From: Chlorokybus atmophyticus
Lineage: Eukaryota > Plantae > Mesostigma and Chlorokybus algae
DNA length: 64,000 nucleotides
NCBI GenBank assembly: GCA_009103225.1
Contig: RHPI01000249.1
Location: forward strand, 30,730-94,729
Reading direction: 5' to 3'
In this document: piece by piece, positions 35,035 to 45,330 of the stretch
How positions within the stretch are numbered: the first letter of the stretch is position 1
How the letters are laid out: each line of letters opens with the position of its first letter
Position numbers and translations under genes: made by a program
The notes under the pieces: generated by a model
Seen by the model: only the letters and a program-made list of their open reading frames with translations
What the model was told of the DNA's origin: nothing
The model's database searches: none

Positions 35035-35689
35035 TGCTTTCTTGATGGTCTGTACCGTACGCTCGGCGAGGCCGTCGGCTTGAGGGTGATCACGCGAGGT
35101 ACGGCGGTGGTCGATGTAACATTTGTCCAAGAGGGTGTCGAATTTCACTCTGAACTCAGTACCTTGGTCAGTGATGACCTTGGCGCAACTGCCAAATCGG
35201 CTGAGAACGTGAGAGAGGAAGGCTTGAGACACCCCCCTGCTGCTCTTGTCGGGTAATGGCACCAGCTCCACCCATTTGGAGAAGTGCTCGATCATGACCA
35301 GGATGTAACGGTTGCCACGCGCTGAGGGTGCCACGTCCCCCAAGATGTCGAGTCCCCATCGGTAAAAGAGGCCGGAGATAAGGAGTGGGTGCAAGGTGGG
35401 CGCTACGCGTGTTGAGGCTGGCGCGCACCATGTCACACTGCTGGCAGTGGCTGATGAACCTTTGCACCTGTTTTGTTAATCCATACCAATATTGTGCCCT
35501 CACTAGGCTGACCGTACGCTTGACACCGAAGTGTCCAAGCTCAGTGTGGAGGGAAGTGATGATGCCCTCGCGCGTGACTGGTGTCGGCACTTCCTTGTCT
35601 TCGTCGTGGAAGCGGCGATACAGCTTGTCACCTGCCCATCGATAGTGACGGGTGCGTTGGGTGACCCGGTCCTTCTCTCGAGCGCTCAT
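35035..35689 (-). CDS. Integrase N-terminus and core (frameshifted), truncated
   Basis: HTELGHFGVKRT..CQQC; WGLDILG; ITDQGTEF; HPQADGLAERTVQTIKKA. Confidence 0.92.
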
Positions 35690-35710
35690 GCCGGAGGGAA
35701 GATGGCCACT

Positions 35711-37354
35711 TTAAAGAAAGAAGAGTGACGGCTTGTCATGCCATATGTCCTGCCTGGTGTCGGGGGGCGCCAGCTCTGTGTCATCAACGTCAATGTCGGC
35801 TGTGTGGGCGTCTTCCAAGGGTGTGGTTGCCGCAGGGTCGGTAGCCTCAAGGGCAGGAATCGCCTCTACCGCTGCTGAGGCCGTGGTGTTGGTCTTGCGC
35901 CCCGAGCGCAACGCGGCAGCAGCAAACATGGCTGCCATGGTGGGGGCTGTTGCTGCAGGGATGAGCTCATGCCGCGCTCCAGTTGCGTCGTTGGTGCTGA
36001 GGTGAGGGTTGCGACTGAGGCCATCGGCATCTTGGTTGGTGAGGCCAGCGCGGTGGTCAATCTCGAAGTCGTATTCCTGTAACAGCAGGGCCCATCGAGC
36101 AAGTTTCTCTGTCAGATGTTGGTTGGTCATCAGCCACTTGAGGGGCTGATGATCGGTGATCAGTTGAAACTGTCGACCAAAGAGGAAAGGTCGGAAGAAG
36201 GAGATGGCCCACACTGCAGCGAGGCACTCCCCTTCGTAGCTGCTGTAGTTGGCCTCGGCGCTGTTGTTGCTTCGGCTGGCGTATGACACCACCCGCTTCT
36301 TCTTGTTCTCATCGTGCTGCGCCAGCACCGCTCCCATCCCCAGCTTGCTCCAGTTGGTGTGAAGGATGAAAGGCTTGGCGTAGTTCGGACGTTGAAGGAT
36401 GGGAGCGCTGGTGAGTCTGCTCTTCAGCTCCTCGAAGGCCTGCTGTTGCGGCTCCTTCCACGCGAACTCCACCTCCTTCTTCAGTAGCTCGTTGAGGGGC
36501 CTTGCGATCTTCGCGAAGTCCTTCACGAACCGGCGATAGTAGTTGGCAAGTCCGAAGAAAGCGCGCAGGCGTGTGAGGTCTGTCGGGGCAGGGATAGCTG
36601 CCAGAGCCTCTACTTTGGCCTGCTGCACATACACACAATGGGGCACAATCACGTGCCCTAAGCACAGCACCTTGTGGGTGAAGAAGGTACACTTGTCGGG
36701 GTGTACGGTCATCCCCACTCCCTTGTTTTGTTCCAGCACCGCTTCGATGTGCTGAAGATGCTCCTCGTTGCTGCGGCTGAAGATGAGGATGTCATCGATG
36801 TAGCACCGCGCGCAGTCCAGCCCCTTAAAGGCTTTGTCCATGACGCGTTGAAACTTGGCGGGGGCATTCTTCAGCCCGAACGGCATTACCTTCCATTGGT
36901 ACAACTGTCGGTTGCCCCAGAAGGAGGTCTTGTGCTTGTCCTCGTCCTTGATGGCAATTTGGTTGTACCCCTGACGCATGTCCAGGATGCTGAAGACTGT
37001 GCAGTCTCCCACATCATCAAAAATACCCTCTGCTGTGGGCATGGGGTACCGGTCTTGCTTGGTCTTGTTGTTGAGGGGGCGATAGTCGCCACACATGTGT
37101 CGCTCTGTCCAGTTGCCTGCTGAATCCTTCTTCAGTGGCATGACGGTTGCTGCTGCGAAGTCCGATGTGGACTCTTCGATAAGGCCTGCATCCAGCAGCG
37201 CCTTACATCTCTGTTCCACCAAGTCTTCTTCCAACTTGGAGAGCCTATATTGTCGTCGGAACACCGGCTCAGTGTCCACCAGCTCGATGTCCATCTGGTA
37301 CACTGAGCATGTACCCAATTCCCCTTCACATTGAAGCTGAATTGGCTCCTCCAT
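35711..37354 (-). CDS. Reverse transcriptase and RNase H
   Basis: RHMCGDYRPLN-like, MPFGLKNAP, CYIDDILIFS, ILHTNWSKLGMGAVL (first RNase H Asp appears as Asn), ECLAAVWA, TDHQPL. Confidence 0.97.
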   Translation of the reverse strand: MEEPIQLQCEGELGTCSVYQMDIELVDTEPVFRRQYRLSKLEEDLVEQRCKALLDAGLIEESTSDFAAATVMPLKKDSAGNWTERHMCGDYRPLNNKTKQDRYPMPTAEGIFDDVGDCTVFSILDMRQGYNQIAIKDEDKHKTSFWGNRQLYQWKVMPFGLKNAPAKFQRVMDKAFKGLDCARCYIDDILIFSRSNEEHLQHIEAVLEQNKGVGMTVHPDKCTFFTHKVLCLGHVIVPHCVYVQQAKVEALAAIPAPTDLTRLRAFFGLANYYRRFVKDFAKIARPLNELLKKEVEFAWKEPQQQAFEELKSRLTSAPILQRPNYAKPFILHTNWSKLGMGAVLAQHDENKKKRVVSYASRSNNSAEANYSSYEGECLAAVWAISFFRPFLFGRQFQLITDHQPLKWLMTNQHLTEKLARWALLLQEYDFEIDHRAGLTNQDADGLSRNPHLSTNDATGARHELIPAATAPTMAAMFAAAALRSGRKTNTTASAAVEAIPALEATDPAATTPLEDAHTADIDVDDTELAPPDTRQDIWHDKPSLFFL

Positions 37355-37569
37355 ATGTTAAGAAGAGCCTCCAGCTTCTCGCGAGTGTCTTCTGTGGCCA
37401 ACGGGCCAATGGCATGGTCCCAGGAGGTTGCATTGGCAACCACAGGAATGTCCTCCACTGTCATTGCTGCTTGCTCCTCCATGTGGATCACCTCGAGGGC
37501 TGTGTGAGCTGCCTTGGTGTTGGCCACGCGATTAGCCCACCCCCCCGGCCAAGTGTTTGAGATCCTTGA

Positions 37570-38550
37570 AGGACATGTGGCGGTCCTGCAACGCGAAGCT
37601 CAGCTCCAGCAGCCATACCATGCTGTTTTGGTTCATGGCGCGACCAAGCAGCTGGCATTGCTGATTGTCCGTCAGCGATGAGCCCGTGATGCTGTTGGGG
37701 AAGAATCCCATGGCGCGTTCACGTTCGCGTGCGTTGGGTTCTTCCAGCCTGTTGGTGGTCGCATCGAACACCATCCCGTCACCACTGTTCCGGAATGCGT
37801 AGGAGCCCGGGTAGGACACCAATGTTGGGAGTGCGCGACGGGGCTGACCGGGCTGATTGCACGGGTAGAAGTGGTTGTGGTCACGATGCAGGACAGGTTG
37901 TGCTGTGCGGCCGGGGTCAAAGATGTCGTCGACCAGCAGGGTGCGCGGCCGAGCGCTGCGTGTGTATTCGGCGGTCATGAGTTCCTCCACGGCGGCCAAG
38001 TTTGTCCATTTGGCACGTACACGATGTGCGCGTGAGCCATGTCGTGCCGCGTTCACCTTGAGTGGGTGCCCCAGAAGGGAGCAAACTTGTCGGTACCTGG
38101 AGGCCACGTGCGGGCGCTTGTCGTCCGCTGAATGCACATTTTCGATGACGTACCCCAGGGGTCTGGAGATCTGGTGGTGTTGAAGGAGGTGGATGATCCT
38201 CATCAGCTCCCAGAACAGCTTGGAGCGAGGGTTTTCGAGGCCTTGCCCCTTGCCTGCCCTGGAGTGCCCTTGGCATTCCCATCCAGCTATTAACAGGTCG
38301 ACGTTGCCGAGGGACAGGAGGTGATCTTCAGTGATCAGCCGGATGTCCTGTGGCAATGCTTTGAGGCTGCTTTGCAACGCCGAGAAGGGTAGTTGACGTG
38401 GATACCTGGCGTGCAGTTGGCGTAAGTGGTGCTTGAGGACCGTTTGCGCGTGTGGGTCGCAGTAATAGTATTTGACAACCTTCACGCCCGTGTTGAGGAC
38501 CGCAGCAAGACCACTGCCAATGCCTCCAAACAGCTCCAACACCGTGATGC
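37570..38550 (-). CDS. C5 cytosine DNA methyltransferase domain (DNMT3/DRM-like fold) inside pol
   Basis: Uninterrupted within the 530-aa ORF 37532-39124: motif I VLELFGGIGSG, II YYYCD, IV LLIAGWECQGHS, RSKLFWEL, VI YVIENV, VIII AHRVRAKWTNL, IX/X PNARERERAMGF...LLGRAM. Confidence 0.93.
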
Positions 38551-41500
38551 CCTGTTGCCTGCGAAAGGTGTGGAATTCCACCACTCCGGTGGCCACCATA
38601 TGGTGGTCCTGCACCTTGACGTGGTTTCGGTAGTTGGGGAAGCGCGTGGTGATCAGGGGATGGCTGAGCAAGATGTGTGTGTCCACCTGTGCGCGCCAGC
38701 ACCGTTCAGCTGGGTCTTGTAATGCTACTTCCACGGTGGCATCCTCCTGCTCCTCGTTGTACGGGATGGGAGAGGAGTTGCCGGTTCGACACGGGGCCGT
38801 GGCACCGGCAGCGACTTGCGTCCGAGCGCCGTCGTATGTGGCCATTACAGCCTTCCGGGTGCGGGCGTGGCTACGTGTGGCCATGGCAGCCATTTTGCGT
38901 TGGGCGCGCGTGCGCGAGACCAACTCGAGAGGCAGGAAACCCTGTACCTCTCCGTCATCCTCATCCCAATGTGGCCGAAACCACGCTCGCTCTGTCCAGC
39001 AGTCGAGGCCCATGCCCACAGGGAAGTTGAAGTCCTGCCCAAGCAGAAAGTCGAAGGAGCCGGCATTGGTGACCACACATTGCTGGACGATCTCGGTCGT
39101 GTGGGTTGGGTCCAGCCCTGTCAACCGAATGCAAAAGGCTACCTGTGGCAGTGTCCAACACGTACGGGCAAGGCACCAAGTCGGAGCTGGTTATGCCTAG
39201 GGACCGCGCGAGGAAGCGCCCGATGATGACAGGCTGTGCTCCGGTGTCCAACATTACTCGCTTGGGTGCCAGACCGTTGATGGTAACGTGCTTGCCTTGG
39301 TTGGCCACCATGGCAGCATTGGCGTCGATACGCAGCCTCTTCATACGAGGTGTCTGTACCTCTGACTCAGTTGTCTCAGCTGGAGGTGCTGAGCGCATGG
39401 CAGCCAGAGCTCCTCTGCCTGCTGGGTCCGGAGAACCCCCTCCTTGCCCTCTCCCTCTGCCAAACCGACCTTGTCGTGGTGGTTGGTAGACACGGGGGGC
39501 CCTCGGTACTGGAGGTTCCGGCGCTGGTTGTGGTGGCGGCGCAGGTGAATGACGCCTCTGCGAAGCTGGATTCATGCCCGCGGGTGTACCGAATGGCTGT
39601 GGAGGAAACCCAGGCGGACCCGGTGTTTGTGGGCCTACCTCGCGATCAGCTTGCTCCGCGGCGTACGTCCATCGAACAGCATGAGCCGCTTCTCTAACCA
39701 ATGTCCCTTCCCACGTGGCCGTGGGCTCGGTGTCCGTGTCGGTCCAATGATGATATTAAGGCATGGGCTGCAGGAATACGGCGCGTAGTAGCTGTCGCCA
39801 CATGTCGTGAGTGATGGTGGGGACTCGCAAGATCCCTGCCATGTAGGCATCCCACCTTCCTTGTACCACTCCCACATCGAGCACGGTCATGGCGAGAGCG
39901 CGTGGGGTGCGCTGGAGGTCAGTATGCTGTGCGTGTAGCTTATGAGCGCTGGCGATGCGCCGCCGTTGCCGTGCGGCTTCCACCCCTGGCAGGCGCAGCA
40001 TTGCCTCTTGCACTCCCTCCAGCGTGTCCGGGGCTGTGGTGGCAGCCTCGTCGTATGCTTGTCGCAGCGAACGAACGAATGCCCCCAACCATGATGCTCG
40101 GTTGCCAAAGGCAAACAAGGGGGACAGCAGGGTGATTGGTAACGAGCCATGTCACGAGACGGGCTCGAGCGGCGCTGCCCTCTTGCATCCTCATCATCTG
40201 TCTTAATGTGTTGCCCTCAGGCCTGTGCAACATGACTGCTTGCCGGATGAGTGCGGTACGGAGTTGTTGCTCCCCCACCATACGAGCTCCTCCTCGTTGT
40301 GTGGTGTCCCCTTGCGGGGTGAGGTATCCTCGCCCTGCATCGCGTTGATCCTCAGGCATGTCTTCGACCAAAGGAGGCAGCAGCGGGGCGATTACCCCCC
40401 TCAATTGTTGCGCCAACGCCCTCGCTTGGTCTGCAACAATTGCGTGTCCTAGCTGCTCGATGGCGATTGCCGTGGAGTACGCTGTGGTCAGCGCCGTAGA
40501 GGCGTTGGCAACATTTGCTGGCGCTCCGGTCGGTACGATAACGGTGTGTGCTGCTTCATACGCTTGTCGGCGCGCGTCCACTTGGGCATCTTGGTCCATT
40601 CGATAACGATGGGCCTGTTCGAGTGCAGAGAAACGCTCTTGACGACTGCCTGGAGTGAGCCCCTGGAGAGCGGGATCAGCGCCCAGCGCGATGTCAGACA
40701 TGTTGACCACGAGGTCTTGCATTTTGTGCCGCTGGAGGCCGAGTGGGTCCAGTGGTGAGGGCTCGAAGTCGATCTGTTGAGCGGGCATGGGTTGCTGCGT
40801 TTAACTGGGTGCGCCCTGCAATCGTGCGTGTAATACCAGGAACAACTGGATGGCCAGCTCCAATACCGCAGGTCGTCGGTAGGTGACCCCGAACAGACGA
40901 TCCCTCATCTCTGGTGCAGTGCCGGCGAGGATTTCATCCTCCAGCTGTTGTTGTGTGGGTTCCGGCAGCGTGTGGTACTCTGGAGGTGGTAGGGGCAAGA
41001 TGCGATCATCGCGTGCCACGCGCGTGGTGCGTTGCCCCCCTGGTCTGTACGCAACGGTGGTGGGTTCCACGTTGCGTAGAACCGACGCCCAGGCGCGCTC
41101 TGCTTGTGACCCGCGTGGCACTTGCTGTGTGACGTCCAACGATGGTGGCGGTGCCGTTCGTCCCTCAGGAAGTGGTGCAGTGGGTATGGCAGCACTACTG
41201 GAGGCGATGGTGGTGGCACCTGCAGCAGTCGTCGTTACTGCGGTGGCGGCTGTGAGGGTGGCAGCAGTTTCGGTTGATGTGGTCGCTTTGATGGAGGCAG
41301 GAGTGGTGGACTCACCACTTACGAACGCAACGACCATGGTTGTTGCGGCGTGGGTGCTCTCCATCACCGGGGACAGCGTGGTGCCAAGAGTGGTGATACC
41401 TGCTGTCGTGGTCGGTGTGGACGCCGACGGTGTCGTCGACGGCTTCGTCCCAGCGGTGGTTGTGGCTGCCGAGGCAGCACCACTTGTGGCGTCCGACGAT

Positions 41501-41622
41501 GCCGCTGTTGACGACGCGCCAGCTTCCCTGCGCGCACGTCTGGATGGTTGTACGCGTGACGGCGTGGGAGTGTCCCTATCCCGTTTCGGTGCCATCAGTG
41601 CCCACCTAGCAGCATAGCAGGC

Positions 41623-43423
41623 TTGATAGTCCTGCTCCTTGTTCTCCTCCAGCTGTGCCACGCGCGCCATCAGGGCTGCCACTTGGTCAATAGCCGGTGG
41701 ATTGGTTGGTGCCTTCACAGCAGCAGCTCCAGCGCGAGGACGTCCCTTAAGTCCTTTGTGCTGTGGAGGGCGGTTTTTCCCTCTATAGCCAGCTTCTTCC
41801 TTGCGGGCGCCAGCGTTGTTGTTGTTGTTGGGGTTGTGGCCACCAGCGTTGTTGCCGTTGTTGCGACCACCAGCGTTGTTGCTGTTGTTGTAACCGCCAG
41901 CGTGGTTGCTGTTGTTGTAGCCCCCGTTGTTGTTGTTGTTGTTGCCGCGGTAGCCGACAGCGTTGTTGCCGTTGTTGTAGCCAATAGAGGGCCGCAGCTC
42001 AGGGAACTTGAGCCAGCATACTGTCTCCAAGTGTCCCGTCTTGTGGCAGTGGTCGCACACAAGGTTGCCGTAATCTTCGGTGCACTCTTTTTGATAGTGG
42101 CCATGTCGACCACACCGGTGGCACAGCACTGGAGCCACAAGGGCAGCATGAGCTGACCGTTTATCCTTGTGATGGATGCCTTGCGGCTCGCGGCTCGCGG
42201 CTGCGGTCTCGCCGAAGAGGCTCTGCACTTGTGCCTGCTATAGGCCGTGCGGCACTGCGATTGGTGTCCAGCACCGCTTTCTCATACACTGCGCGCTTAT
42301 GGATGGCTTGTGCCGTCTCGAAAGCTTCCTTGAGGGTGTAGCCGAGGGGCCTGCTGTAGTTCAGCGTCAGGCGCGTTGACTCACTCAGGGTGGGATCCAA
42401 CTCGGCCACATACACCACTGCTGCCGCCTCCTCACTGACGATCTTGTAGTCAATGTCTTTAAGCAACCCTTCCAACCGTGAATACAGTCGGAGAGGGTCC
42501 TCGTGGGGCTTCCGTCGGAAACGCCTCAACTCCTCCACCTTACTGTTGGTTTGAGGTGGGAAGGTGCGCCGAAGTGCGGCGTAGAGGTCCTTCAACGGGG
42601 AGTCCGACATGGCCGCGCCCACTGTGAGCGCGGGTGCACGCCATGCCACTGAGCCGAGGGTGAAAACACTGCCTCCCGCTGGAGCACGCGAGTTCGGTGT
42701 TGGTAGCAGGGGCGTACCCATCTCCAATGCTGCAGCTTGCTGCTCCTCTTGTTGCTCCCTGATGATGGCAGCGGTGCGGTTGAGTATCCTGATCCGGCGC
42801 TCGGCATTCTTGCTTTCGATCTCTGCAGCAGTCACTGAGGCCACTACCACCTCAACTTCTTCATTCTCTGCCTTCTCCATGGCTGCAGCTAGAGTGAGAC
42901 CCGTGACTGAGGCGGGCGGGGCCGCTGCTACAGGGACAGTAACCGATGGGCTGTGCAGTGACGTGGCGGCTATTGTGCTGGCCAACTCACCATAGCCATC
43001 AATCCTGTGCAACTCAGCGACGGACTTCCACACATCATGTGCTTCGTGATCAAGGTATTGAGCGGACACATGAAACGATACCTCATCTGTCCAGCCCTTG
43101 CTCTTGAGGGCCTGCTGCCGCATCTTGGAGTGGAACTTGATGATGAACTCGTCAAGTGAGGTGGTGCCAGGGCGTCCGGAGAAGCGTAGGGAGTTGGTTG
43201 AGCTGGAAGGCTCCATCTCTTCGTCGTCACTGTCCGACGGTGGTGGAGATGCTCGTTGACGAGGGGTGGAGTGAGAGGAGGTGAAGCCGAAGACGGGGCG
43301 TAAGCCTCTGCTGCTACGGTAATCGCTCCCTTCACTTGCGCGCTCGTAGGTAAGGTTGGAGGTTGGGCTCCAGCTGTTGAGGTCCCCTTCTTCTATTGGC
43401 GAGAAAGGGGTGGGCCTGCTCAT
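41623..43423 (-). CDS. Ty3 gag (frameshift near 42230) with two zinc knuckles and an N/G-rich low-complexity tail
   Basis: FSGRPG..LDEFIIKF, SAQYLDHEAHDVW, LRRFRRKPHEDPLRLYSRL; CHRCGRHGHYQKEC and CDHCHKTGHLETVC. Confidence 0.85.
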
Positions 43424-43632
43424 ACAGCTGATGCGATGGTGAAAGTGGCTGAACGGTAGAGTGTTTGTGCTCTACAATGGGATCTCCAGTGCTGCTATCA
43501 CCCAACACACTAGCGCTTGTGCGCGCTATGCGATGACGGTGACAACACTGCACTGTGATGTGTACAACTACAGATTGCGATGCTGATGTACAGCCTGCAA
43601 CTACACTCACTTGAGCAAAGAGGGTGACACTG

Positions 43633-44091
43633 TAAGTCAACAAGCCACTACTATAGGTAGTGCTGTTTACACAGTTCTTTGCGTGAGTGGAAGAGAAATT
43701 ACACTGTTAAGTGAGGTGAATGAGCAAGCAACACGTGGATGCTATGCCCTGACTGATGCCAACAAGCGCACCGCGACCAAGTACACAAAGCTCACAGCGA
43801 GGACAAGCACAGTGCATAAGAACATGCACAGGCTCTCACACGGTGAGGGGGTCATATCGAGGCTATTTCCACAGGAAACTCCCACTCGATATAGAACCTG
43901 ACTTATAACTGAACTCACAACTGAACAGCTACGCGCGGTGCCTATGTAGACTATGGTCACGAGCTACTCTAGAGACATGACCTAGCTACTGGTCAGAGAC
44001 GCGCGCGGGTTGCCATGCTGGTAAGCCGGGCGAAGGTCTCGCCGTAGGCATGCCCGATGATGACTGGCATGCTTGGGCGATAGGCATGACA
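43633..44091 (-). repeat. 5' LTR of the DNMT-Ty3 element (inner boundary approximate)
   Basis: Starts TGTCATGCC on the minus strand; homologous to 7326-7979; no clear TGG-type PBS found. Confidence 0.7.
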
Positions 44092-44329
44092 ATAACCACC
44101 ACCTCGAGAAGGGCAATTTTTGTTGACCGCTCTTATATAGCTGAACACATTGTGCAAAACATAATAGCAAAACAAGTGCAGCGCTGTCTGATCTTATGCT
44201 ACTTTCATCGCATAATTTCGCTAACTCAAAAGCAAGTATGAGCAAAACGCAATCCGCGCACGCTCAAACTTGCAGACAAGCTTTGCGCCTTCGTGACAAT
44301 CAGGCTTTCATCGGCGATAAAGGCGGCAT

Positions 44330-45330
44330 GGAGGAATCTATAACACAAGATGCCAAAGCGAATTACATGTAGCTCATGTCCTCAACTTGTTCTTGAACTT
44401 TAATAGTAAGCTTCCCCCAATTGCGCCTGTGCTTAACGCAATAGTGCGTATCATTAAGTATATTGGCGCCATCGCAAGTCGCATGCAGTGCTGAAAGAGG
44501 CACGCGCCCATTGTTTAATAAGTTGCATAAGTGTGTTGCATCTAAATCTGTCACTCACTGTTATTTGTCAACAAAGCAATGGTTGATAGATTAAGCAAGA
44601 GTTGAAGATGCTTGCTAACATGCGCATTGCCACCCATCGTATGCTACAGAGCTTGTATTGCAACAAAGGATTGTTGTAAGGAAGTATGGTTTATACTTAA
44701 TTCCCGCGCAATTAGGAGCATGCATCATTGGCGGATCTCAGTAGAGCCGAGGCTATCAAGCTGAACATTGTGGAGGAAAGCCACCCACCGGCTTTTTGCA
44801 AAAAGTGCAGCAAGTCATGAAGTTGTTGAAACCCTCTTGTGATGGTATCTGCATGTCGGAGGCTAATCGTGCTACCTTAGCGGGGTGGCTTACCACATTC
44901 TAGAGAACATGCAATGGCAGTGAATGTTATCTTTTTTATTGAATGCATCAAGAGTCGTGTCACGCGTGTCTAAATGTGGAAAGATAAAAGGGAGTGGTTG
45001 GCACAATCATTGATGTCTTCATGCTTGATGCTCTGCTCGACCCCAAGCATTATGCCACCATCGGCAACAACCGCAGTGCGATTGCACAGCTGTTGAAGAA
45101 GTGCTTCAAGTAGGGGACTTGATTACCCATTATGCATGGTCTTGTAAAAGCAGTGAATGACATAAAGGTGCAGATGCATGATGCCAACAACCCACAACAA
45201 AGCGTGGCTCTGCGTGAGTTGAGCATGTTGCGTAATGACCTTAAATGAACATTTTGAGCAAGCCTCATGGTGCAATATTCATGTGTAGTGCGGGATGTTG
45301 GTGTAATTCTTCAACCAGTGTGTAGTGTCG
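44330..45330 (+). mobile_element. hAT-superfamily transposase remnant
   Basis: Fragments VAHVLNLFL, IIKYI/RHRKSHAVLKE, QKVQQVMKLLKP..DGICMSEANRATL and ALLDPKHY occur in the expected order; heavily degraded. Confidence 0.55.

Larger units (their letters stand above)
35035..44091 (-). mobile_element. Ty3/gypsy LTR retrotransposon encoding gag, an unknown region, PR, a C5 DNA methyltransferase, RT, RNase H and integrase (3' end missing)
   Basis: 5' LTR ~43633-44091; gag 43423-41600 with two CCHC knuckles; PR LDTGA (~39245); DNMT 38550-37570; RT YIDD; RNase H; integrase HHCC and DDE core, ending abruptly at TIKKA (35035). Confidence 0.95.

Noticed and set aside
37530-37550. Programmed frameshift between DNMT and RT
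   Set aside because: The shift falls in a G7 run and the element has several other frameshifts, so slippage decay or a sequencing error is simpler
7326-44091. The two related LTRs as the cognate pair of one 37-kb element
   Set aside because: About 20-25% divergence plus a ~200-bp indel is hard to reconcile with stop-free 530- and 547-aa pol ORFs; more likely different subfamily copies
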